DNA from: an uncultured Clostridium sp.
GTDB lineage: Bacteria > Bacillota > Clostridia > TANB77 > CAG-508
Direction: 5' to 3'
Assembly (NCBI GenBank): GCA_930990555.1
Contig: CAKNPW010000004.1
Location: forward strand, 14,570-78,569
Length of the DNA: 64,000 nucleotides
The notes below the pieces were generated by a model that saw only the letters and a program-made list of their open reading frames with translations, had not been told where the DNA came from and did no database searches. Both the position numbers and the translations under genes were made by a program. Positions 44,774 through 52,719 of the stretch are shown here, piece by piece; position 1 is the first letter of the stretch, and every line of letters starts with the position of its first letter.

Positions 44774-45142
44774 CTATCTTCCAAATTCTTTAATAAATTT
44801 TTCTTCACTATACTTTTTTATAAAAATCTTTTTTGCTTCTTCTTGAATTGCCTTCTTTTTTAATGGATTATCCGTTAACTCTCTGTGACATTTAAAACAT
44901 ATTGGTATAACTAGTCCATATTTCATACTAGTTTGTCTATTTCTACCTCCAAAAACTTCATCCAAATGATCTTTTTTGTGTTTCTTGCATACATAACAAA
45001 TATCTAAATTGTATGTAATTATGCTGTATCTATTACGTTCTAATTTTGCTAATTTACTGCTTTTCTTCTTTATTGTCTTTGGCTTTTTCTTTTTTGTTTT
45101 TGGTGGCTTTGGCACAGGATGAAATTCTTTAGCTAAATCCAT
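44774..45142 (-). CDS. Basic zinc-finger protein, HNH/NinG-like
   Basis: 122 aa. Lys-rich N-terminus. CYVCKKH...DHLDEVFGGRNR...CFKCHREL pattern. Family uncertain. Confidence 0.4.
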   Translation of the reverse strand: MDLAKEFHPVPKPPKTKKKKPKTIKKKSSKLAKLERNRYSIITYNLDICYVCKKHKKDHLDEVFGGRNRQTSMKYGLVIPICFKCHRELTDNPLKKKAIQEEAKKIFIKKYSEEKFIKEFGR

Positions 45143-45181
45143 TTGTTCCTCTTTTCTTGCATTTTTTCTAAATTTGTGTTA

Positions 45182-45547
45182 TTATTTATTTATACTTTCT
45201 TGAAAAAAATCTTTTGTGGTTGTTGATGCGTGAGCATTAGCAATCACTTTTTTTATTCTTTTATAACTGTTGTACAATTCTAAATAGCTTGTTTCTGCTA
45301 AATCTGTGTTATCTATTTCGTTCTTAATTAATCTTAATTTGTTAGATTTTTCACTTAATTCACGTTCTACTTCGTAAATTTCTTCTTCTAGATTATTTAC
45401 TTTGTCGTTATATATTTCTGTAGATACTATTGCATAAGCTACTAATATTCCTAAAATGCTTAAAAGTAAAAATATTATTATCGTTTCCATTTGTTCTCTA
45501 TTCTCCTTTTTTCTAATTTCATTTTTGATAATGTAATGATGTGCCAA
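45182..45547 (-). CDS. Membrane-anchored coiled-coil protein (start uncertain)
   Basis: 121-aa ORF. TM helix IIIFLLLSILGILVAYAIV, then a coiled coil. Confidence 0.5.
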   Translation of the reverse strand: MAHHYIIKNEIRKKENREQMETIIIFLLLSILGILVAYAIVSTEIYNDKVNNLEEEIYEVERELSEKSNKLRLIKNEIDNTDLAETSYLELYNSYKRIKKVIANAHASTTTKDFFQESINK

Positions 45548-45601
45548 ATAAATATTTAATCTAATCTATCCATCTTTTTTATCACTTCCTTTCTTTAGCA
45601 C

Positions 45602-45688
45602 ATTACTTAAATAAAGCAGCTATTAAAGAAGCTATTGAAAATCCTAATGCAAACCAACTTAACCCGTTTGGTTTATTTTCTTCTTTCA
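45602..45688 (-). CDS. Small hydrophobic peptide (28 aa, not in the track)
   Basis: AAGGAGTG RBS. MKEENKPNGLSWFALGFSIASLIAALFK. Confidence 0.3.
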
Positions 45689-45699
45689 TATTTTCACTC

Positions 45700-45828
45700 C
45701 TTATCCTATAAATATTTTCATTATTACTAATGCTCCTGCTGCTATAACTGCTACCGTAGGTATTACATAACTTGTAAAATTACATACTGCTTTTCCAATT
45801 ATGCAATATTTTTTCATTTGTTTACTCA
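45700..45828 (-). CDS. Small hydrophobic peptide (42 aa, not in the track)
   Basis: AAAGGAGTGAGAG RBS. MSKQMKKYCIIGKAVCNFTSYVIPTVAVIAAGALVIMKIFIG. Confidence 0.3.
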
Positions 45829-45844
45829 TTTTCTCTCACTCCTT

Positions 45845-46042
45845 TCACTTAACATATTCTAAAAATTTCGATTTAATAATTATATAGTTCCACTGCCCAG
45901 ACTTACTTTCTACTGCTGTACCAAATGGGAACCTATTTTGTCTTAAACCTGCCCTTACAAATTCCACACCTTTGCCTAAAACTTTTGCTACTTGCTCTGG
46001 CGTTATAGTTTCAACCTTTTCTATTTCATTTATCTTTTCCAT
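45845..46042 (-). CDS. Small HTH DNA-binding protein (excisionase/MerR-like)
   Basis: 65 aa. ITPEQVAKVLGKGVEFVRAGLRQNRFPFG helix-turn-helix pattern. Confidence 0.55.
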   Translation of the reverse strand: MEKINEIEKVETITPEQVAKVLGKGVEFVRAGLRQNRFPFGTAVESKSGQWNYIIIKSKFLEYVK

Positions 46043-46073
46043 CTTCTCACCTCTTCTCTATTTATTATTATTT

Positions 46074-46082
46074 TGTTATAAT
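46074..46082 (+). promoter_or_regulatory. Extended -10 element (TGTTATAAT) for the reverse-oriented 68-aa gene
   Basis: Perfect TGnTATAAT 25 nt upstream of ATG 46107. Confidence 0.45.
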
Positions 46083-46106
46083 TACCTCGAAAGTGAGGTG
46101 AATTAT

Positions 46107-46313
46107 ATGGTTGTTTTTGTAAATATTGTTGGTAAATGGACTGAACTTGGTGATGGAGATTATATTGAAAACCAACCTGCTGAAATTTATGTAAACGACA
46201 TACTTTCTAAAGAAAATATTCATTCTTTAAATAATTTTATTAAGGTAACTCACAATAATCTTATCTATAATGTTCATATTTCTCAGATTCAATGGGCATC
46301 AGATAGATATTAA
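46107..46313 (+). CDS. Hypothetical 68-aa protein, oriented against the early operon (moron candidate)
   Basis: GAGGTG RBS 6 nt before the ATG. The track ORF 45972..46313 extends upstream, antisense into the HTH gene, so the internal start is preferred. Confidence 0.5.
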   Translation: MVVFVNIVGKWTELGDGDYIENQPAEIYVNDILSKENIHSLNNFIKVTHNNLIYNVHISQIQWASDRY

Positions 46314-46371
46314 TTATTTAAAAGTGCATTATTTATAATGTGCTTTTTATTTTGGTAGCTTCATATTTGTC

Positions 46372-46473
46372 ATTAATATAATCTCGTATTCTCTCCCATT
46401 CATAAAAGGTAATTTTTTCTTCTATTAATTTTTCTATTAGTTCCTTTCTAATATTTTTTATTTTTTCTTCCAT
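46372..46473 (-). CDS. Small hypothetical protein (33 aa, not in the track)
   Basis: AGAGGTGG RBS, then ATG 46473. MEEKIKNIRKELIEKLIEEKITFYEWERIRDLY. Confidence 0.3.
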
Positions 46474-46492
46474 TTTTCCACCTCTTCTCTAT

Positions 46493-46744
46493 TTATTTGT
46501 GTCGAGCTGCGTTATTTTGTTGATTTTTCTCAACTTTTTCTTTAAAAAAATATATAGGTATTAATTTCATGTTTAACTTTAAAGCTTTCATAGATCTTCC
46601 TATTTCATCTTGTCTAAACTTTACTTTATTGCTTAATTTTTTGATTAATGTAGTAGAAGACATTTGTATTTCTTTTGCGAAAGCTTCTTGCGTACCAAAT
46701 ATTTCTTTTATTCTCCCACAAAGTTTACTATAATCATATTGCAT
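46493..46744 (-). CDS. Cro-like XRE-family HTH regulator
   Basis: 83 aa. GTQEAFAKEIQMSSTTLIKKLSN HTH. Divergent from the repressor gene. Confidence 0.7.
   Translation of the reverse strand: MQYDYSKLCGRIKEIFGTQEAFAKEIQMSSTTLIKKLSNKVKFRQDEIGRSMKALKLNMKLIPIYFFKEKVEKNQQNNAARHK
46520..46536. promoter_or_regulatory. Distal operator box (TTGATTTTTCTCAACTT) inside the 3' end of the cro-like gene
   Basis: Identical, 20 of 20 with flanks, to the box at 46834-46850. Confidence 0.5.
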
Positions 46745-46773
46745 TTTTGTATACTCACCTACCTTTTCTTTTG

Positions 46774-46790
46774 TTGACTTTTCTCAACTT
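46774..46790. promoter_or_regulatory. Operator box (TTGACTTTTCTCAACTT) over the cro-promoter start region
   Basis: 16 of 17 identical to the other boxes. 7 nt downstream of the cro -10. Confidence 0.55.
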
Positions 46791-46796
46791 GCGATT

Positions 46797-46825
46797 ATAT
46801 TATCAAAGTCAGTTTTAAAAGTCAA
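46797..46825 (-). promoter_or_regulatory. Early-lytic (cro) promoter: TTGACT-17-TAATAT with extended TG
   Basis: -35 at 46820-46825, TGATAATAT at 46797-46805. Confidence 0.55.
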
Positions 46826-46833
46826 TACTTTTT

Positions 46834-46850
46834 TTGATTTTTCTCAACTT
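46834..46850. promoter_or_regulatory. Operator box (TTGATTTTTCTCAACTT) between the divergent promoters
   Basis: Direct read. Confidence 0.55.
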
Positions 46851-46874
46851 TTTTAAAATAAATATTAAGAAAAC

Positions 46875-46903
46875 TTGATTTTTTCTAAACTTTCCTTTAT
46901 AAT
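46875..46903 (+). promoter_or_regulatory. Repressor promoter TTGATT-17-TATAAT, overlapped by a degenerate operator box (46875-46892)
   Basis: -35 at 46875-46880, -10 at 46898-46903. The first possible start codon (GTG 46910) is only 7 nt from the -10, so the mRNA would have little or no leader. Confidence 0.55.
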
Positions 46904-46909
46904 ACAATT

Positions 46910-47602
46910 GTGAAAGGAATGGAGATTATGGTTATTGATACGTTTTCTAATAGATTACAGAAAGCAATGAATTTAAAAAATATGAAACAAGTTGATTTAG
47001 TTGAAAAAACAAATATTGATAAATCTTTAATTAGTAATTATTTAAAAGGTAAATATAAAGCAAAACAAGATAATCTATACCTATTAGCTAAAGTTCTAAA
47101 TGTTAGCGAAGCTTGGCTTATGGGCTATGATGTTCCCATGGAGAGAAACTCAGAAGATATATTAAATAAAATAGGTGCTATACCTATTTCTGATATAGAT
47201 GTTACAAACATTCCTCTTCTAGGTACAGTAAAAGCAGGATATGATTATTTAGCACAAGAAAACATTATAGATTATATTTCTTTTAAAGTAGATGGAAATG
47301 ATAAAGAAAATTATTATGCTTTAAATGTTGTAGGAGATAGTATGACACCACTTTTTAATAATGGAGATACTGTTATAGTCCATAAACAAGATGATTTTGA
47401 AAATGGGGATAATTGTGTTGTTTTAATTAATGGAGAAGAAGCTACAATAAAAAAAGTATATAAAGGCAATACTGGAATAGAATTAAAAGCTGTAAATCCA
47501 TATTATCCACCACGAGTATTTTCTATAGAAGATATAAAAGATTTACCAGTAAAAATTATTGGTGTTGTAGAGAAATCTATTAGAAATTTTAAAAGCAAAT
47601 AA
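46910..47602 (+). CDS. CI/LexA-like repressor (XRE HTH plus S24 peptidase domain); exact start uncertain (46910, 46919 or 46928)
   Basis: N-terminal HTH (MKQVDLVEKTNIDKSLISNYLKG). C-terminal S24 motifs GDSMTP and ATIKKV. Confidence 0.85.
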   Translation: MKGMEIMVIDTFSNRLQKAMNLKNMKQVDLVEKTNIDKSLISNYLKGKYKAKQDNLYLLAKVLNVSEAWLMGYDVPMERNSEDILNKIGAIPISDIDVTNIPLLGTVKAGYDYLAQENIIDYISFKVDGNDKENYYALNVVGDSMTPLFNNGDTVIVHKQDDFENGDNCVVLINGEEATIKKVYKGNTGIELKAVNPYYPPRVFSIEDIKDLPVKIIGVVEKSIRNFKSK

Positions 47603-47668
47603 AATTATTGGTAAATTATCATTTATCAGTATTTTATATAGATTTTATAAAAAAAGGGGGTATTAAAC

Positions 47669-48088
47669 ATGGCAGAAAAAGAAAAAATATTTACAAAAGG
47701 AAACATTATTACTATGGTTGTATGTATAGCAGCTAGTCTTCTTATTTCTTTAGTTTTGTTTTTTGTAAGTAATACTAGTCTACTAGTTAATAATAATTCT
47801 TTTAAGGTAGATTCTTTTACTTTAAATTCTGAAACTACAAACTTTGCATATTCTGATAATTATACAACCTATGAAGGTGAAGGCGTTGTTACTTGCTGGG
47901 ACAAAAGTAAATCTTATTATGTTTTAATAGAAGTAACAGATGAGGCTAATAATAGTTCTGATTATATTACATGCTTAGTAAGTGATGGAGAAGGTACAAT
48001 TACAACATATGATACTACTGCTTCAAAAGAAATAAATAAGCCTAGTTATAAATTTAAAGTTGTAGGTTTTATACCTTTTGAGAAATAA
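47669..48088 (+). CDS. Membrane-anchored extracytoplasmic protein between repressor and integrase (superinfection-exclusion candidate)
   Basis: 139 aa. Single N-terminal TM helix, then a Ser/Thr/Asn-rich beta-type domain. GGGGG RBS. Confidence 0.6.
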   Translation: MAEKEKIFTKGNIITMVVCIAASLLISLVLFFVSNTSLLVNNNSFKVDSFTLNSETTNFAYSDNYTTYEGEGVVTCWDKSKSYYVLIEVTDEANNSSDYITCLVSDGEGTITTYDTTASKEINKPSYKFKVVGFIPFEK

Positions 48089-48097
48089 ATAAAAAGA

Positions 48098-48137
48098 GAG
48101 AAATGTGTTCTAAAGTTCGCAGCTCGACACATTTCTC
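48098..48137 (+). terminator. Hairpin after the lysogeny operon
   Basis: 11-bp perfect stem GAGAAATGTGT / ACACATTTCTC with an 18-nt loop. No U-tract on the plus strand. Contains one arm of the 14-bp inverted repeat. Confidence 0.4.
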
Positions 48138-48239
48138 AAAAATAACCACTATTGAAAGTGATTTGTATTATTATATAATAAAAATACTTTCATTTTCAAT
48201 AGTTTGTTAAACAAATTTTATTGAAATGGAGGTATTTTT

Positions 48240-49583
48240 ATGCGTAAATTTAAGAAAAGAGGTAACGGCAAAGGTTCAGCTGTTTATTTAGGTAATAATA
48301 GAAGTAAACCTTTTGCAGCTAGAATTTCAATAGGTAAAGATATTAATGGGATAAATATTTATTATGATATAGGTACATTTGAAACAGAATTAGAAGCGCT
48401 TGTTTGTTTAGAAAACTATCATAAAAATCCATCTCCTCTTTATATTAAAGAGAAAAAGTATAATAGAATTATAACTTTTCCACCAAATCCTTACCCTCTA
48501 GTCCCTGTAATTAATCCAAATCAAGAAAAAGTAGAAAAAATAAAAAAAGACAATTATACATTCAAACAATTATTTAAAGAATTTGAAAAGAATAAAATGC
48601 TTACAAAAGAAGAACAACAAATTGAAAAAATATACCATATAAGACCTAAAAATAAACCTTTCGGTCGTAATTATTGCAGAGGACTAATTACTGCTTATCA
48701 TAATTCGGTAGCACTCTATGACAAAGTATATAAAGATTTAAGAGCTTCTGATTTTATGGAACATCTAAAGAAAAGTGGAAAAGGATCATTCTCTCAAAGG
48801 CAAATGGTAAATTTATTCCAAAATTTAGATAAATATGCATTAGAAGAAGATATTATTGATAAAGGTTACGCTCAATTTATATCTTTATCTTCTGACGATA
48901 AAAATGTAAAAAAAGCTGTTAATGGAAAAATAAATAAAGATAAACTATTTACTTATGAACAAATAGATTATTTGTGGAATTTAAAACTACGAAGTTCTGG
49001 AACTCAAGAAAAAAATAAAAAAGAACGTGAACAGTTTATAAGAGATTTATTTCTTATGATGCTATATGCAGGTACAAGAGTGGAAGAACAATTATCAATC
49101 TATACCGAAAATGTTTTTCTTGATAAAAATTATTTTATTGGTGGATTAAAAACAAATGCTGGAAGAAATAGAGAGATACCTATTCATCCTGCTGTTAAAC
49201 TTCTATACGAAAAATATTATAATCCTAATAATGAGTTCTTATTTATGCAACCTAATGGCAAAAAAATAGACTATGATTATTATTTATATCATTTTAAATT
49301 AAATTTCCGTAATTTACATCCAGAAATTGCTAATCATACTGCCCATGACTGTAGACATACTTTAAGAAATGAATTAGAAAAGTTAGGAATAAGACAAATT
49401 ATAATAAATTCTATTATGGGACATTCAAATGAAAATGTTGGTCAAGATGTTTACACTCATATTTCTATAGAAGAAAAATTAGAAGCAATAAAATTAGTTA
49501 CTTATAAAGAGAAAAAACTATATATTTTAGATTCAAATCAGTCAAAAAGTTCAATGGATATTGTGCGGTTAATAACACGTTAA
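48240..49583 (+). CDS. int: Tyrosine-family site-specific integrase
   Basis: 447 aa. Catalytic pattern AGTRVEE ... HDCRHT ... GHSNENVGQDVYTH. Confidence 0.9.
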   Translation: MRKFKKRGNGKGSAVYLGNNRSKPFAARISIGKDINGINIYYDIGTFETELEALVCLENYHKNPSPLYIKEKKYNRIITFPPNPYPLVPVINPNQEKVEKIKKDNYTFKQLFKEFEKNKMLTKEEQQIEKIYHIRPKNKPFGRNYCRGLITAYHNSVALYDKVYKDLRASDFMEHLKKSGKGSFSQRQMVNLFQNLDKYALEEDIIDKGYAQFISLSSDDKNVKKAVNGKINKDKLFTYEQIDYLWNLKLRSSGTQEKNKKEREQFIRDLFLMMLYAGTRVEEQLSIYTENVFLDKNYFIGGLKTNAGRNREIPIHPAVKLLYEKYYNPNNEFLFMQPNGKKIDYDYYLYHFKLNFRNLHPEIANHTAHDCRHTLRNELEKLGIRQIIINSIMGHSNENVGQDVYTHISIEEKLEAIKLVTYKEKKLYILDSNQSKSSMDIVRLITR

Positions 49584-49591
49584 TGACAAAT
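49567..49591. promoter_or_regulatory. Putative arm-type integrase binding site (tandem GTTAATRAC)
   Basis: GGTTAATAACACGTTAATGACAAAT matches 11614-11638 at 23 of 25 positions. Confidence 0.5.
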
Positions 49592-49634
49592 AGAAAATGC
49601 CAAGCCTCGAAAGGCTTGACATTACTGCATTTTT

Positions 49635-51488
49635 CTACACTTCCATAATGATTGGTAAAATCATTGGATTTCTCTTTGTTTTTTGTGCTATATAGTCTTT
49701 TAAATTATCTCTTAAATTAGATTTTATTGTAGACCAATCTGTAATGTGATTTCTTTCACATTTTTCTATTTCATTTCTTATAACAGATTTAACATTTTCC
49801 ATTAAGTTTTCTGATTCTCTTACATATACAAATCCTCTAGAAATTACATCTGGACCTGCAATAATTTCTCCTGTAGCAGAATCCATTGTCATAACAATTA
49901 TAATTAATCCATCTTGAGATAAATGTTGTCTATCACGAAGTACAATGTTTCCAACATCTCCAACACCTAATCCATCAACTAAAACTCTTCCAGATTGAAC
50001 AGAAGTAGTGAATTTACATTCATTTTCATTAAGTTCTAATACTCTACCATTTGTAAGCATAAATATATTATCTTTATCTATTCCCATCTCTTCTGCTGTT
50101 TCTGCATGAGCTTTTAATTGCCTATATTCACCATGTACTGGTAAGAAATATTTTGGTTTTACTAAAGCTAACATTAATCTTTGTTCTTCTTGGCAAGCAT
50201 GACCAGAAACATGTACATCTGCCAATGAACTATATACAACTTCTGCACCAATTTGCATTAAATCGTCTATTACTTTAGAAACTAATTTTTCATTTCCTGG
50301 TATTGGGTTTGCAGATATAATTATTAAATCATTAGGTGTTATTTGAACTTTTCTATGTTCCCCTGAAGCCATTCTTGTAAGTGCAGACATTGGTTCTCCT
50401 TGACTTCCTGTTGTAATAATTACAAGTTGATCATCAGTATAATTTTTTATCATATCTATATCTATAAATACATTGTCTGGAACTTTAATATAATCTAATT
50501 CTCTTGCTGTATTTATCATATTTATCATACTTCTACCACAAACTGCAATTTTCCTATTATATCTTACAGCACAATTTACAATTTGTTGTACTCTATGAAC
50601 ATTTGATGCAAATGTAGCAACAACTATTCTTTTTCTGCATCCTTGAAATAATCTTTCGAAAACGTCTCCAACAGTTTTTTCGGACATTGTATATCCTTTT
50701 CTCTCTGAGTTTGTACTGTCTGACATAAGTGCTAAAACACCTTCGTTACCAAGTTCTGCTAAACGACCTAAATCCATTATTTGTCCATCTATTGGTGTAT
50801 AATCTATTTTAAAGTCACCTGTGTGTATAATTGTTCCTACAGGTGATTTTATTGCTAAAGCAACAGAATCTGGAATGCTATGTGAACTTCTTATAAATTC
50901 AACACTAAATTTTCCTGCTTTTACTATTTCTCCTTGTTTTACTTCTATTAATTTTGTAGATTTTACTAGCTTATGTTCTTCTAATTTATTTCTTATAAGC
51001 CCACAAGTTAATCTTGTTGCATATATTGGTACATTTATCTTTTTTAATAGATATGGTATAGCACCTATATGATCCTCATGTCCATGAGTAATAATTAAAG
51101 CTCTAATTTTATCTTTATTTTTCTCTAAGTATGAAATATCTGGAATAACTAAATCTACACCAAGCATATCATCTTCTGGGAAAGCTAACCCGCAATCTAC
51201 TATAATAATATCATTTTCGTATTCAAATACTGTTATATTTTTTCCAATTTCGTGTAAACCACCTAATGGAATAATTTTTAAATTACTTGGTTTAAATCTA
51301 AAATCTTCTTGTTTTGCTACTCCTTTCTTAGTTTTTCTTGTATTTGTTTTGTTTCTTGTTTGTTTAACATTTTCTGTATTAACTTGTTTTGTTTCTTGTT
51401 TTGTTTTAGCATTATAATTCTTTCTTCTTCTTTGTGAATTTGCACCAACTTTCTTCTCATTCTCTAAGTTTTTCTTTTCTTCTGTCAT
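49635..51488 (-). CDS. rnj: Ribonuclease J
   Basis: 617 aa. Lys/Arg-rich N-terminal extension. Metallo-beta-lactamase motif HGHEDHIG, beta-CASP region and C-terminal domain. Confidence 0.9.
   Translation of the reverse strand: MTEEKKNLENEKKVGANSQRRRKNYNAKTKQETKQVNTENVKQTRNKTNTRKTKKGVAKQEDFRFKPSNLKIIPLGGLHEIGKNITVFEYENDIIIVDCGLAFPEDDMLGVDLVIPDISYLEKNKDKIRALIITHGHEDHIGAIPYLLKKINVPIYATRLTCGLIRNKLEEHKLVKSTKLIEVKQGEIVKAGKFSVEFIRSSHSIPDSVALAIKSPVGTIIHTGDFKIDYTPIDGQIMDLGRLAELGNEGVLALMSDSTNSERKGYTMSEKTVGDVFERLFQGCRKRIVVATFASNVHRVQQIVNCAVRYNRKIAVCGRSMINMINTARELDYIKVPDNVFIDIDMIKNYTDDQLVIITTGSQGEPMSALTRMASGEHRKVQITPNDLIIISANPIPGNEKLVSKVIDDLMQIGAEVVYSSLADVHVSGHACQEEQRLMLALVKPKYFLPVHGEYRQLKAHAETAEEMGIDKDNIFMLTNGRVLELNENECKFTTSVQSGRVLVDGLGVGDVGNIVLRDRQHLSQDGLIIIVMTMDSATGEIIAGPDVISRGFVYVRESENLMENVKSVIRNEIEKCERNHITDWSTIKSNLRDNLKDYIAQKTKRNPMILPIIMEV
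49639..49663. repeat. att repeat at the integrase end (ACTTCCATAATGATTGGTAAAATCA)
   Basis: 23 of 25 match to 11478-11502. Forms the last codons of the intact rnj gene. Confidence 0.8.
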
Positions 51489-51991
51489 TATTTTATCTAC
51501 TCCTTCTTTCTAAATTTAATGGTCAAGTCCAATTATAGTCAGTCTAAAAAAATTAAAATCTTGTTAATGACTTAATTTAAACTTATCTATGATTAGAAGA
51601 ATTTTCATTAGCTAAAGAAATATTATATCTACTATAATATTTCTAATTGTCCTATTTTACTATTTTATAAAATCCCACTTTTTCTTAATTGATGTTTCTA
51701 ATCCCATCAAAAATATTTTATTACTACACTAGTAATAAATTTATTTTTTATAGAATATTATTTCCGCTCATATAGTTATAATCATTTTTACATAAAATGT
51801 TCTCTTTTTAATATACACAAAATTATAACATCATATACAATAATTATTTAAAACGCTCTTAATAATTTTATAACTATTTTTTACTATACATTATATTTCC
51901 GGACATATATAGTTAATAGCTATTCTTCTTTATCATATATAAAACTTAAATCTCTTTATTGTACCCAATATTTGGATAACCACTGTTTGTT

Positions 51992-52021
51992 ATTATACTA
52001 TATTCTTCCTATATTTGTCAA
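51992..52021 (-). promoter_or_regulatory. Candidate distal rnj promoter (TTGACA-18-TATAAT)
   Basis: -35 at 52016-52021, -10 at 51992-51997. Would give a leader of about 500 nt. Confidence 0.35.
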
Positions 52022-52058
52022 ATGCGTTATGTAAATTTAATATTCTTTAAAGCGAAAA

Positions 52059-52093
52059 CAACGGATGCGAAATCGTTGTTTTCGCATCCGTTG
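52059..52093 (-). terminator. Terminator of the 132-aa orphan gene
   Basis: 14-bp perfect stem CAACGGATGCGAAA / TTTCGCATCCGTTG, then T-rich on the minus strand. Confidence 0.65.
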
Positions 52094-52103
52094 TCATCTC
52101 TCA

Positions 52104-52502
52104 CTAGTTCAAACTACCTCTCAATTTCTTAATATTTTCCTTATCCAGAAATCCCTGTTTGCTGTCACCATAATAGTTAAATGGATCCAGCTCTGAGCAG
52201 ATTTCAATCAGCTCGAGACATTTTTCTCGACCACATGCTTTCACATGTCCCTGCTCATCAAAAACTTCAGAATATACAACCGGAAGCATTTCTTCCAACA
52301 GCTCTTTTCTTAGAGCAAGCACTTCTCTTGTGTATATTTCTCCGGTCTTTTCAAGGCAAAAAGAAACTTCAGGTTTTAATTTTGAACACAGCTTCAAAAA
52401 ATTTTTCCGTTCCTCTTCGTTGCAATGTGGATTCAAGTTACCATTTGCATCAAAGAAGTAATGGTACCTATTCAAAAATGTTTTTTTCATAGTCTCAATC
52501 AT
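52104..52502 (-). CDS. Hypothetical 132-aa protein with an internal duplication, higher GC than its surroundings
   Basis: Start set at MIETMKKTF (AAGGAGG 9 nt upstream). Two repeats of the pattern FD-x2-G-x3/4-C-x2-E-x5-L-x2-CS-x-L-x-P. Confidence 0.6.
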   Translation of the reverse strand: MIETMKKTFLNRYHYFFDANGNLNPHCNEEERKNFLKLCSKLKPEVSFCLEKTGEIYTREVLALRKELLEEMLPVVYSEVFDEQGHVKACGREKCLELIEICSELDPFNYYGDSKQGFLDKENIKKLRGSLN

Positions 52503-52719
52503 ATAATTATACCTCCTTTGTCTATGAAAAAACTTCAACCACTTGTTAGAAAAAATATTATCACATTTATTTTTTACAGTCAATTATAAAAAACTTCTTG
52601 TCAAAAAAAATCAAATTTGATATATTTTTAACAGTAAATACATTAATTTTTTTATGCAATCTTTAATTAATGTAGTACAACAAATATAAGATTGTAAATA
52701 AATTGTTAGGAGATGTATC

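Noticed and set aside
45972-46106. The 5' extension of track ORF 45972..46313 (113 aa).
   Set aside because: The extension runs antisense through the HTH gene 45845..46042 and its RBS. An internal ATG at 46107 has a proper RBS and an extended -10 promoter, so only the 68-aa version is reported.
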